Positions 48,001 to 61,800 of a stretch of 64,000 nt of DNA are shown piece by piece (the first letter of the stretch is position 1; each line of letters starts with the position of its first letter). The stretch comes from Oikopleura dioica (taxonomy: Eukaryota > Animalia > Chordata). The notes beneath the pieces were generated by a model. It searched no databases. It was not told the origin of the DNA and was given only the letters and a program-made list of their open reading frames with translations. A program made the position numbers and the translations under genes. Location: assembly GCA_907165135.1 (NCBI GenBank), contig OU015569.1, positions 1,922,001 to 1,986,000 on the forward strand, written 5' to 3'.

Positions 48001-51000
48001 TGATAAAAGTTCAAGGTCTGGACTTTTTGTTCAGCAAACGGAGCGAGCTTTTTTATGTTGACTTTCCCACGAGAATCACTGTTGATTCTGGTCAGAGTCG
48101 TGCAACTCTACGTAAACACGTTGCTGCGCAGTTTCCTGTCATCGTAAGCTCCCTCAAAACTGTGCCAGGTTTCTCCTCCTGTACTTACTTTCTTCGCAGA
48201 AATCTCCAACAAATCCTTCATCGCACTGGCAGCTGAAGCTTTCGAATCCCTGAGCGCGGCAAGTGCCATGGTCGCCGCAGACCTTGGTTGTCAGTCGCTC
48301 TGTTTTGCCCGTGCGAACGTCGGTGAGTCTGGTCTCACATGCGTCAATCACTGAAGAAGAAATTATCGGCGATGATTAATGGCTTTTGCAGGAAGTGGGT
48401 TTGCGCCTCCGTCACAGGGAGGAATTTCCGGGCGCCGTGTTTCGCTGTCGCACGAGCATGACATTTTCGACATTTAAATGTTTAAAATTGAGAGCTGCCA
48501 CTTCTCCTCCTTTCTCGAGCATGCACATTCCTGCATGAGTAGTGAACAAAAGAAAGGGCCATGCAAATGAGGACAAAGTGGAGCTACCGGCTACATATTT
48601 CTAATTTACCGCGCGTTCGTCACTGTGGTCGCCTTTGGAATGCGAGAAAATTAACGGCGAAAGTGATTTTTTCAGAAAAATGTCCCCAGAATAAACTTTG
48701 CGTCTTTTTTTTACCTTCGCAAGACGCATCGGGTTGTGCGCAGTAGTCCTTGACTCGTTCACAGTTTCGCCCTTCAAACTCCTCCTTGCACTGACACTCG
48801 TAGTCGTTAGCAACGTTGAAGCATTTGCCGTCGTTTTGACAGGGATTGGCGGAACAGAAGCCCATCGGAATCTACAAGCAATGATTACAAACAAGCACAC
48901 AAATATTAATACAGCTCGTCTTTTAAGTATTCATAGCTAGTTGAACCGCTAACTAGGCAATTAGGAGTAAATTGAAGCTTGTCTGAAGATTTGCATAATT
49001 CAGCACCCTTCAGGGCGAGAACGCTTGTCCCCGAGGAGAATTTCGGAAATTTATTTCATTTTATTATTTTCGGCTGTATTTGTGCTGAAAGTTACCTCGC
49101 ACTTGCGTCCCGAGAAGCCACTGGGACAGAGGCACTTGAAGTCGCCGACCATATCGCTGCACGTGCCGCCGTTGCTACACGGATTTTGGGCGCACTCGTT
49201 AGTTTCGATCTCGCAGCGCTCGCCTTCGAAACCATTTGGGCACACACACTTGAAGGAGCCGATCGCATCCTGAAGTAATTTCAGTTACGAGCGGAAGTTC
49301 TCAACATCTCTCAACGAGTTCGTTTTCTGCTGAGAAGGCTCTTTTCTCGCCCCGGGCCGGAACGAGTCCCACCCCGAGTGAATTTATAAGCCGAATAAGC
49401 TAATGAAGAGAATATCTGGTATTTGGAAGGATATTCAATTTTTTCCCTGGAAAAGGGCGGTATTATAGCGAATGAATTTTCAAATATTTGGGTGGTATAG
49501 AATGCGTGCACAAAGTGGCCCGTCTGTGGTGTTACACTTACGATGCATGTCGCCCCATTCGCGCACTTTGGAGCGCCGTCTTCGCCCGCCAAGCACTCGT
49601 CGATTTCTGAAAGTGGTTAGGCTACGAATCTCCACAGCCGCTGTCTACCTTTTTCGCAGAAGACGCCTTCGTAGCCGGCCTTGCAGTGGCAGAAGAAAGT
49701 GCCTGCGCTGTTGATGCATCTGTGCGCGTTTTGGCACGGGTTCACCGCTTCTTCGCACTCGTCCACGTCTAAATTACAGTCAGTACAACGGTACATGCGC
49801 GCGCGTCTTGTTTGAACTAAATTAAGTACCCACGGGGATGTTGGGCACGCGCGGGCCATAAATCACGCCTCTGGCACTTGTTTTCACAAATATTATCCTA
49901 CTAGAGGTGAAAGTAGATTAGTTGGATTTATTTCCGCGCTTTAAATCGCTCAATGTTTTCATAATAAATCAAGCAACATTCGCGAGCGCTATTTTAATTG
50001 TTGTGGAGCGAGCGGATGAGCATGAGGCGCAGGGCTGGGCAGGGCCAGATAAATATACATCTTCCGGAATTTACATTTCGGATAAGCCTCAGACGGGGTT
50101 CCGTAAAGATGCATGATTCAGCCTAGGGCACGTAATACAAGGAAGCCTTTATCGTACTTCCCCAGCAGCGTGGTATTTGAATTGGCATTTGCTGGAATGG
50201 AGGCGCAAGATTAGCCAAATTGTCATAAAATTACTCAAAAATTGCTCCACTCTAATACTACCTCTAAATATGAAGACTTTCGTTTTAAAAGAAACAAGTT
50301 CCATACAGAGTTATTTTTCAAGAAGACACTAGAAATGAAGCTCGAACCATTTCGATTCCAGATCTTATTTTATATGAAAAGAGCTCTGTAGTTTGCGAAA
50401 CGCGGAAAAGTATTTATTATTTTGGCGTTTGGCGCGTGTGAGATAAGTCGCCCGTTCTCTCTTTTTCTAAGGCGATCTCGGCGGCCCTTATCGCATTCTT
50501 ATCAGGAGCCATAATTGTCAAAAATTGTCATTTCATCGGGGGATTATGACGAGATCTTGGAAAAATATTCTTCATCGAGCTCATCCCCTTCAATTTACTT
50601 TTTCTAAAGGCCAGTGCTCCGCCGCGCAATTATTTTAAAAAAGTATTTTTTCTGGAACGTCTCCGCACACACAAAAATCTGGCACGTGATCAGATGGGGC
50701 ACGACGTTCGTTTCTTTTCTAAACAAAGGCCGACGGAGTAATTGTCGGATGGCGGGATTATCAGCTAGAGTTCCTCGCGCCCAGGTGGTGCCCCACAGTG
50801 ATAACAAAACTGCGAAATGATATTTTGATAAGGAAAAGACGCCCAGCTGGGTCGGAGAAGTCCGTGACTAGACCTCTTATCGCAAAAATTCCGCGCGAAA
50901 ATTTTCTTCTTAGCAAAAACATAGCCTCTCTTACCTAATTGACAGGTTTTGCCAGTCCATCCAGCGGGACAAGCGCAGACGAAATCGCCCTCGCGATCAA

Positions 51001-54000
51001 GACAAGTTCCGCCATTTTTGCAGGGCGAGTTTGCACACTCATTAATGTTTATGTTGCAGTATGGTCCGGTCCATCCCTCTTTGCAAGAGCACGTGAAGGA
51101 ACCTTCCCTGGTGGCCTCGCACATTCCGTTTTTTCCACAAGGGTTGGAGACGCACGCGTTTGCCTGGTGCTCGCATCGGCGACCTGAAATTAAAAGAATT
51201 AAATCAAAAGTTTCCAGCTTGGAAATTGAAAAATCGATCAGAAAAGAAGGCGGAAATGATAGATAAAATTTGTCGATTCGCCCAATTGGCCACTTTTCGC
51301 TCAAAGCCCGATAAACCTTATAATTGCTGCCTTCATCCGTTAAATGAGGGTTTTCCTCGAGGGGCACCGCTAGACCAAAAATAACAGTCCATAAGTTTAG
51401 CGTTTTTGCTTCTCCTGGCCTTACTGTATTATTAGAATCTACATTCACCCGTGAAAATTAATAATAGATCTGTGCAAAATCTGTTGGGCGAATTTAGGGT
51501 GGTTTATATAAAGGTTATCTGAAATTAACTACGGATCATTAGGGGACTGAGCATTCTGTGTCGGATTCGGTGATTAGCCGTTTCACTTACCGTGGTAGCC
51601 AGGGAGGCAAGTGCAAGTGAAATTGCCGTAAGTATTTTCGCATTTGGACTCGTTCTGGCAGGGATTGGACTCGCACGAGTTCAGGTTGATGTCGCAAAAC
51701 TTGCCGCCCCAGAATGGCGTGCACTTGCAATCGAAGGGTTCGTCACACGTGCCGTGTACGCAGCCTTCCGCAGGAATACACTCGTCGCAGAACTGACCAG
51801 TCCAGCCATGGCGGCATCTAAAAAAGATTTTGAGAAAAATAATATCCAAGGTGTTGTAAAGGGATGAAGGGTGGAACGGAGCTCTTCAATCAGATGGCCC
51901 TTAAAACTTCCACCTTATAAATCGATCATATTTAAGCTGTCAAGCAAGGAGCCCAAAAATTTCAGTGCCCTCATCTTGGCAGACATTCTAGGCATGCTCG
52001 GCTAGGTGACACAATTTCAAAGCTCTCTTCCGACAGATTGTTAGGATTGCGGATCTCCGCTCGCCGATCTGATGGATGAGCTGGATTGGACCTTCTGTCA
52101 CCGAGAAAATGGGAGCAGCTCTGAAAAGTATCTCGCGAAATTGGAGCGACTTAAATCGACGCCAATTACCACCGCCGCCACGCATGTCCGATAACATGGC
52201 ACATTCAACTCGAGTGGATAATTTCTGACAAGTGAGCTACTTTACAGAAAATACCCAAAAGATTCTCGAATGGACGATTTCGAAGGACATCATTTGTTAC
52301 CATACGATTTGTTAATTAATGAGGAGGTGAGGTATTGATTCGATTAAGGGTATCGAAGTCATCTGGCTGACCTCGCCGTGCCCAAATGCGGCTAGCGGGC
52401 TGACAGGTTTAGGCATTTCGCTGTCAATATTCTATTTCCATTCGGTCGCCCTTTGGACATTCGAAATTTCTTCTTCATTAGTAAAATCATATCAAGTCAT
52501 TGAGAACGCGCGGTGGCTGTTAATTTTTAATCCAGCCAGCCGAGCTTTCATTAATTTGGAATTTCGCTGACACGTGATAAAGATGAACCCGTACAGCTCG
52601 GGAGCACCTGTACCAGTGGTCTCCTAAGGACCCGCTGCGAAGATGCCAGTTTTATTTTATCAATTATTATTAAAGAGTATATCGAATTTGAGGCTTACCT
52701 GCATTCGCCAGCTTTCGTACAGTATCCGTGTTCCTGGTGGCACTTCTCGCTGCAAATCGCTGAAAAATGTGATTATGGCTTTTGCGGAAAACGCTTGTGG
52801 GAAAATGCAGAACGCCGCCCACCGAGAGGATGTCTTTCCAACCGGCACTCCAGCCACTTTATCGCGGAAGTGGCGAAGAAGACTTCCCCACGGTTAACGG
52901 TTAATCAAAATGCAACGCCTGTTAATAAGCACTTGATCAGGGCGTATTTTTTAAATTCGAGAATCTTGTTGTATTTTTAGCTCGTTCTGCGCAAGTGGCC
53001 GCTTTTGATTAATGAGAATATTCCTCGCACAGGCGAAACTACGCGCGGATGAGCTTCGCTGATCCTGAAGACGATTAACTTGTCGAATCGGTCATAATTT
53101 CGGGGCGATTTGATTCTAGCGCCAAAGGGTGTACATTCGCCCTCAGAGTAGGCAACTCTCGCAATTGATCAATGACGACAGACGGGGAATGGGCTCGAGT
53201 TTCAACCAGTTCCGGAACCCGCTCCCGCCACTCGATACCGTGACAATCATTTTTTTGATGATTGGCAAACGTGAATTCTAGCGATACTAACTTTACTCGC
53301 GGCTCCTCGTAGCCCGAAAAGAGGAGCATTCGAGTTAAAATTCTTACAGAAGCTGATCGGCACTTTTAATACGCGCTGCTAATAAAACTAGTTGGCTTGG
53401 ATATTTTCCTTTGTCTAGGGTCAAAAATCTGAATGTCGAAATGTTTGCCTAGTAGTCATAAGCGCACACTTTGCTTTCCCACGGGCACTCGAGCATCAGA
53501 AAATAAAGAAGACCTTGGCCGTAATGGAAACGGGCTTTTTTACTCACGTTGATCGCAGTTGTCGCCACCCCAGCCGTCGAGGCAGACTTTCTCGCCGAAG
53601 CGATTGCAGAAGAAGTGGCCGGCTTCGTCGTCGTGGGCCTCGCAAAAGGTTGAACAGCTCATGTCATAGTAGTTGGCGTCACATTCCACCTTCAGCAGAT
53701 ACTCGATTGTGGCCACACTTCCTCGGTGAACTCTTTTCATCCACTCCCCGGTCGGACGGATAGTCTCGCTTTCTTCGGTCCATTCAATCAACTGGGCTTC
53801 TGAATCTTCATCGTAGTCCAGAGCTTCCAGTCGCATGTGGTATCGGTACTGAAGAATAAGATTAGTAACATGACTTTTTCAGATATTCTTGTAAAGTTCG
53901 CCACTGAAGAGTCAATTTCTAAAAAGTGGTCATCGAATGATTTTTATTTCTAAATAGTAGTTTCATCCCCAGGTGGCCGCGATTGTAGCACGTTTTGTGT

Positions 54001-57000
54001 TGATTTTGAAAAGTGGCACCCTCTGTTACGTTGGTGGAGATAAATGGCCGCTTCGTGTACTTGCGACTAATCTGGCTCAAGTCGCGAAAATAGAAACGGT
54101 GAGGACAAAGGACACTCGAATGAGAAGTGAATTTGGATCATCAGGCGTGGTCATCAAGAGGACTCGAAGATCAAAGGCGGCCATAATCCGTGAATTAAAA
54201 ACTCGCCAAGAATTCCCGAGATTTAAAAATTTTCAAGTTGCTCCCAGTTATTTTTACTATTTTTGCTTTACATAGTGTTTGGCCAAGGATGAAAAGGAAC
54301 TTTGTAAGCTGGAGTGACAGTTTCCCAACGCGAGTTTGGACCAGCTGGGCAAATAAGAGAGATGCGCGATAGAACAATATTTGCCCCGTACAAAATAATA
54401 TGTGCTTGGAATACTGTGTTTGACGGGGGCAGGTGTAATAGTTCCAAAAACAATAATCTTTTGGGAAATATTTCCGGCCACTTGAGTCCATCCTCACACG
54501 TGACTTTGAAATGGTCAACGATCAAACTTGGAGGAAAATTGAATTTCGATAAAAAACGGAGCGCCGTTTTTTTTGAGAGGCGATTTTTGTCCCTTATCTA
54601 TATAGCGAGGCTATAATCAATAGCCAGAAATTACAACCCTAACTGGCATGAAATTTCGGAAGTGGTGCTACATTTCCGCCCCGGACGGCAGCCCGTGACC
54701 GATAAGGAAACCATATCTTCAATTCACGGATGCCCTTGCAGAACTAGAAACTCCTCATGAATTCGTTTTCGGAGTTCGCAGTTGAATCTCTTGTTTGCCA
54801 ACGTTTTCAGCAGCGGGGGAGCCGGAACAGCGGAAATGGTTTTATCGAGTTTTGCGCAGAACTCAGCCGCCAGTCCAAAAAAGGTCACTCAGCTGTAGAA
54901 AAATGAAACGAAATGTTCCTTTCAGCGCCAAAAAACGCGCCTTTCTCAAGTTCACGCTACGCCGAATCACAATAATAAACGCATTCATTATTAGGATGCG
55001 AGCCAGTCCAGTTTTTATCAAGTTATGTTTTATCATTAACTATAATGATGCCTATCTGGCCAAAAATCACAAGTAAAGAGGTCTTGTCAAAGTAAACATT
55101 TTATTCAAGAATCCACTTAGTTTTTAACTGGCTGTGAGACTGGCGGCGCTCCAGGAGCAGCGCTAGAATCCCGCGCCAATCCGACAGGAGCACTATGTTC
55201 CTGCCTTCCATTTCTTGACCGTGGTCCATGACACTTATCGCCATAAGCGCGTCATGTAGCAGAAAAAGCCCCTTGCGCGGCGATAAGTTAACTTATCCGC
55301 TCGATACATGCACCGCTCTTTGAAAGTTTCAAATGTCGCGGGGAGGTCCGAATCAGCGCTAGAAAAATGTTCAGCACTTTGTCGAACGCACCGGTTACGC
55401 GAGGCGCGTTTGATCACACCGCCGCGGCGTACGGGCCGCGCGTAAACGGGTTAAGGAATATGCTAGGCAAGTGAATCATGTGACGGATAAGCGGATTAGC
55501 CGGCTGAATTTTTTTCTTTCGTGATTTTTGGAGGCGTACACATTCACCACCGCAATTATGTTACGCCGGGCGCCATCACGCGGTGAGATAAGCCACGCTC
55601 TCGTATAAATAAACCGTCAGATCTCAATCGCCGCACGGTTAACCTCTCGGCGCATACAGAAAGCCAGCAATAACACCCTGTCATCGCAGGGCCCTTTTAA
55701 TTCACTTAACCCTTGAGATAACTTTGAAATCACATTTGCGGCGCTCAATCTCGGCGAGTAACTCGATTCTCTGACTGTAAATACACAGCCAAGGGAAGTA
55801 ATGGTTTTTACGAGTGCGCTAATAGGCGCTCAACCACCGCTCGTAACTCAAATGCGAAATGCAACGCGCTCCCTGTTTACCCTAAGCACCTGCTCCATAA
55901 ATATACTCGCCCTGGAAAGTGTGAAACGGGTCACCTTTTTCAAGAACGAGAAATCCCTGCTATGAACTGAAAATAGAAATTAAAAATTAATGATTTAGGT
56001 ATCTATAAAATCAGTTTTCTAATGATCAAAGTTTCACATGAGTGCGAAAAACCCAGGCTGGTCAGAGCAGGAAGCAATCTCATCCAGATGATAAGCGGCT
56101 TATCCCGGAAGAAAGCTCCCTTTGTGAAAGAAAAAACATCGATGACCATCTGTAGGTCTCAGTGTGTGTGTTTTGCCACATCGCTGAATATCGGAAGTGA
56201 ATAAAACCCAAAACATGGTCTCCGATCCCGCGCCTCGTGAATATTTAGCCGCTTCGGGAAGGAAAAGCAACGAAAAGTACTGAATTTGCCTGCATTAGTC
56301 TATTTAGGCTTGAGCCAATGCACAATTCATAAGTGTGTTTATTGTCCGGGCTTGAATATTTATCCCCTGGAGTGTGCTTCAATAACTGCTGCCTCTTTAT
56401 TCATTTCGAACTGCGCGCCAAGTTGAAGTTCAAGTGCTCTCACAAGGGATTCTTTTTTTTCACTGATAGTCCTGTTTCCAGCGAATTTTACTTTTTTATT
56501 TGAAACGCGGCGAAAATTTCCAAGCTCTAATTCAAGCCTTTTTGATCCGGAAATTTGTTGTTTCAGCGCGAAAGTGAATGTACGCCCTTAATGTTATTTT
56601 TAAGGGGAAATTTGGTGGGAGCTTCCCATCTGTGTTTTCACAAGGGTGGCTTTGAAGGCGCCTGTTTTTGGAAGGTTGTATGTAGAGGGATTAGCAGCCA
56701 AGTGAGCAAAATAAGCATCAGGAATAAAACGAAGCGGACTTGCTCCCGGATCGCAGCCGACCGCGGAACAGCTTCTTGCGGTGCTGTAATGGCACCTTGC
56801 TGCAAATTTGGCGAGTACACAAGCCGAACGTCATAACCCCTAGAAATCAGTTTCGACGGCCAGAAGAAAGATCTCCCGAAAAGGCCTTATCAACTGGATG
56901 CAAATTGATGCGAGAATCGAACTTCAACAATAAGAAGCTCTTTTTATTTTCTGGATTGTTTTAGGGTGCGAGGCAGCGCAGCGGGGATGGCCCGTTCCCT

Positions 57001-58821
57001 TTCTCCACGGACAAAAAGGTTTAATTTACCTTGTCTTTTCGAAATCGAATTCGAAATTAATTTTCTTTGAGAAATTACCCTAACCCTTATAAAAGAAATG
57101 CGCCATGTCAACATTGTGACATTGGCCACATCTGGCGCTATCTCATTAATAACTGTCAGGACTGACTGTAACTTACTCCTGTGCACTGGAGCCTAGCGAA
57201 ATACGGGCTCCTAAGGATCTTAGGTGCGAAGAAGAAATCCGGGATTTCCATCTGCGCGGCCAGCTTTCGCGGTCGGCTTTGGGGTAATATTTTGGCTTTG
57301 GATGAATTATTTTTTCAAAAACTGGGCGAAAAAGAAAGAACTCAAGAATCAAGTCGAAAAGTCACGGGAGTCAACCAGGGGCGTGCTTCATCCCCGGCGA
57401 TAAATTCCCAAATGTCAATGAATCGACCCGAAAATTCCACTCGCGCGCACCGCAAAAAACTAAAGCAAGAAAAATCATAAAAAGAAGGAGGCCAACCGAT
57501 AATTGTATAAAAATATGGGGCGCTGTAGGGAGTCCCTTGAAGTGCCCAATTCGCTTATAGGTTTCGCGGTGGGTAGTCGGCGGCCCATGTCAAATGTCTC
57601 AATCGGGGAGATGTCTCAATCCATCAAATCTTTATCAGAGGCGGTCTCCTGACGCCCTGTCCTTCCAATCACCCAGATCCTTCTCACCGAACAACTCATT
57701 TCACGGTTACCTTGCTTCAGAGCATCATCATTATAAGACTACCCCTTATGTCTAACGATTTAACAATGATTTTAAAGTTGAGTATCTTCAGTAGTACGCG
57801 AGTATTTCTTACAACAAGTCAAATTAGCGTCTAAGGGTAACCAAAGCTGAACGAATATAAAAAGCTCGGTGAATTATTAATTTCAAATCGGATAATTTAA
57901 GCACGTAGAAATACTTGTCCGGATGCTCGATAATCCGGCCTTGCGGATTGTTGTAATTAATTTTCATCAGCAACAGGCCCGACTGAACGGCGATGTCGAT
58001 AATTTGAAAAATTACTGCCTCTGATTAACATTTACTGTGTCCAAGCAGCGAGATTTTTTTTTCTATATCAAATGCTTATCAATAAAAAAAGTTTATCAAG
58101 TGAACCTTGAACCGAGCGGTCGAAAATGTTTCAAGGGGTGACCGTGATTTTGCGCGGTTATACGATAAGCGGTTTTTTAAAAAATGTATAAGGCTAGATT
58201 GAGATATCGAGCGGTGGAACCACTAGTGAGGCGGGCTCCTCGAAATAAGCCGGAAATGGATGGCGGCACCTTCAAAGACTCATTTTGTTTTGTTGGCATT
58301 TTTCATTCAGAGAGCGGCGAGTGAAATTCGATAGTTCGGTTTGGACGACAACCTAACCATAAGAAGACGAGTGCGAAGAGGAGCGATCAGTGGACAGGAA
58401 GAATCAAGCGCGGTTGAAATTCAAAACCTGCTTTTAAAATCACCCAAAAAGAAAAAAAAAGTCGTATTCGATGACCACTTTTGAAAGTAGAATTCCGACT
58501 TCCTTCTTTTTATAAAAAACTTACCATCCAACTTTGGGAGAAAGGAATCTTCATCTGGAATGGAGTTTCTGCTTCGTTAAGATCTAGATGGGCAGGATTC
58601 TCGAAGCTGTTTCCACCGAGAACCGGCGTTTCTGCTTCTCCAAAGGTGCAGCTTCCTTCATCGGCATAAGGCGAGAAGCAAACGCGGAAGAAAGTGTCGC
58701 ACTGGTCGGAACAGATCCTTTTCTTCCTGTGGCTCTGTCCGTCGCAGCATCTACCGTTCTCCGCCGCGTACCCCGCCGAGTTAGTGATCTTTGTGATAAC
58801 CACCGATATCACTCCAGAGCT
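45014..58821 (-). CDS. JAG: Jagged/Serrate-type Notch ligand (first, signal-peptide exon upstream of 58821 not resolved)
   Basis: MNNL/C2 exon 58525-58821 (CCDG...CDTFFRVC), DSL domain ([14 protein letters not shown]...[22 protein letters not shown]), 16 EGF repeats including the interrupted EGF10 (CEVIDAC...VCGDHGTC), a VWC domain ([22 protein letters not shown]), and [27 protein letters not shown]. Confidence 0.95.
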
Positions 58822-61800
58822 CTGAAACCAAGCGGTTAGAAACACAAATACCACCATGAGAAAATACGCCAAAGAAACAAAAATATTTGACTTCAAAAAA
58901 TTATCCTTTCATTTCGCACTTATCGATAAAAAAATAAAATTATCAAAAAAAATTAAACCTGCATGAAATCAAATCCGCGCGAGAAATACAAGTTTTCAAT
59001 CCAATTTTGAGAATATTATGTGGCAACAGGCTCAGAAGGGGATTAAGATGAGCAAAAACACTTCGAAAAATTAAATGGTAGCTGTGACATTTGGGGATGA
59101 TGGAGTAATCCTGTTGCGTCTCCATTCAAATAGAAAATTTGCGTCCACCGACCTTTGAAAAAAAATAAGAAACGGGAAACGCGCGGAGCCGGAAAATTGG
59201 AGGAAAAAAATGAAATTTTCACATGCTTGTACTTTTCGGAAAAGTGGAGCAGATAAAGCGGCCGCTCGTTTATCCGACAGGTCATCACTAAAAGTGCCAA
59301 TTTGTCCGGCACACTGTCAGATACAACACAGCCAAAATACTAAACTAGCCATAATTTTACTATTTAAAAACTTCTAGTCTTTCCTTGAAAAGATTCAAAA
59401 GACCGCTCACTTTTTACAGTACGAATATATTTTAGCATTACAGTTAGCCTCTTTAGAAAGTAATATATCTTTTTTTTTAGCCGTGGAAGAAGATTTACTG
59501 TCCGTTTACTGTTCATACTTGGCCAATAAAAGCCCAACTGTATAGGTCAGCTGTTGATTTATTGTAAGATCGTCAATTTTCATTAAAAAATAAGAAACTT
59601 TTTCAAAGCTGGATTTGCTCCAAACGAAAGAGGAAAAGATTGAAATTTGAAAATTGAAAATTGGATTGGTATTGAATTAGGCGCGCGGAAATGTGGTTTA
59701 TATCGTCAATAAATTGGAAATTTGGCTTGATCAGTCTAAATACTATTTCGAGTGTCCCAAAACAGCGCACTTTCTATTTCCGAAATAATTTACCTGGGCG
59801 CACTTGATGCCGGACAAGGCAGACAGCAGGCGCAGGATAATCTGCTCGGGGCTTTCGAATACTTCCGCTGAGGATCAAAAACTTCCCAAAAAATAATCAT
59901 AAAGCCGCTTTTTTTTGCTTTCAACTTTTTTAATTTCTTTCGGACAAAAACAGTATTCTTAGGGAGAATCGGCAATGTGCTTGCTTTTCAGTCGATAGCC
60001 CATAAAAAGAGATTAATTCCCCGAATCCATGAATTTCGCGAGTTGAACAAAGGCTCCAGTTGAAAATTGGGGAACGAAACTAAAAGGCTCTCCGCTGGGA
60101 GTTGAATAACAGCCGCTGCGACTTAACTAATTGGCAATTAATCCGAATCCGTATTTTGGCCAGTCCCTAAAGAAGGATGAGCTGAGCTAATAAAAATTCA
60201 ATGGGAAGGAATTCTAGCCGCATTCTTCCGCCAGGGATTAATTCAAAAGCGAGACAGTCTGCCCAAAAATCTTACGCCAGGGTCAAGCCCCAGCCAACAA
60301 TTGATTTTTTTACGAATACTGGATTGATTTTTAGAAAATTAGAAAAAAACTCGGCAAACGTAAAATGCGGGCTTGAGTCCGAATTTTCAAAAAGTCAATT
60401 TTATTTGTATTTTTTTTTCAAATTTCTCCATTGATAATTAATTTCTTTCCAAAACAAAATCAGCATGAGGTGGCACGTGACCTTGAAAAGTTGGAGAAAA
60501 GCGGCGTCGTGGGAACGCTCGGGAATAGATCTGCGATATCCGGAGTTATATCGTGTGCGAATTCGTCTTGATCGCATTTTGGATTGAAATCATCGAAAAC
60601 TCATTTCCTTGGAAGGGAGAAAAAACGGTGAATTTAGCGGATTCGGCAGCTTGCTTGAAATCAATTGCCTCTCTCACGAGAAATGTCGAGAGCTGTACCA
60701 TTTGCTTTGTTGAATTTATTAACCGTGGGAAAAGTAGCTGCTCAGAACATCATAAAACCAAGAAAATGAATCGCTCAATAAGCGTTACCAACTCCTTCAA
60801 ATAAAGATAAAATTGACTTTTCGTGAAGAAAAAAATTGCCAAAAGAAAGTTTTTTTGTTTTTGTTATAATTTTTATATAAGAAACTTTCTTAAATTTTTT
60901 TTTACAAAAGAGCTTTTTTTTAAGTTTTAGGCGAATTAGAAAACCTCAAAAGTATATGTGGATGCGGACGGAAGGCGTCCGAGGATGTTTGTTTGAAAGG
61001 TTTAATAATAATCCGGTTGACGCGGCGGGCGATTATCCGCACGAAAAATGTGGCTTAGCCCTTATCACAAGAAAGTCTTTTTTAAGCAAAAATTTATTCG
61101 AAAGCCCGCTCCTTCATGATTGCTTTGCTAATTAACAAATTACAAAGGCAGCTCTTGTTCTTCGGGAATCTTCATAAGTCGAGTTTCTTCTTTTCAAATC
61201 TCTATCTTCAAATTTCAGTTCTAATCTCTTTGTTGTCTCCAAAACTGTTTCTTCCTAAAAGCAGCAAATATGACTGGTATTATTATTACTTCAATAGGAA
61301 TTTATTTCCTCGGAGATTTTTTTTTTCGTGGAGCAAATTTCGAGAAGCGCGGCGCAGTGCGCGCTCGTAGCTCTCCGGCGCCGCCAAGAAAGCGCAAAAA
61401 ATATAGGGCGGCGCATTAGTAGAGCGCAACACCACGCACTTCTAGCGCTACCCTAAGCATATCAAACATGTTGATTCAAATGTTGCATAAGAAAGAAATG
61501 GAAAGACCGTCTTTATTCAACTCTACTTCAAATTAATTGCATTAGCCAAAGTATAGATACCTTCTGACTGTAATTAGTACAATACTGTAATTACACTTCG
61601 TTAATTTGATCTTAAAACTGAAGGCTTTGAAGATTATCGCTTCCGTCCTATTATTATTATAGTGATAATTATTGAAGAAAAGGTGGTCATGATTTTCACG
61701 AGTAGAATAAAAACTGGATATTGGTAGTGTGCGAAATCTAAAACTCGATTTGCGAGTTTGAGGAATTCGCTGGCTCTATTACACATGTTTGTTATTGGGC

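Noticed and set aside
54250-54560. Coding-looking stretch in the large Jagged intron
   Set aside because: Multiple stops in all frames and no recognisable domain. At most a decayed fragment.
57735-57840. Weak CCCTTA...TAAGGG inverted match (piggyBac-like ends)
   Set aside because: Too short and degenerate, with no TTAA flanks.
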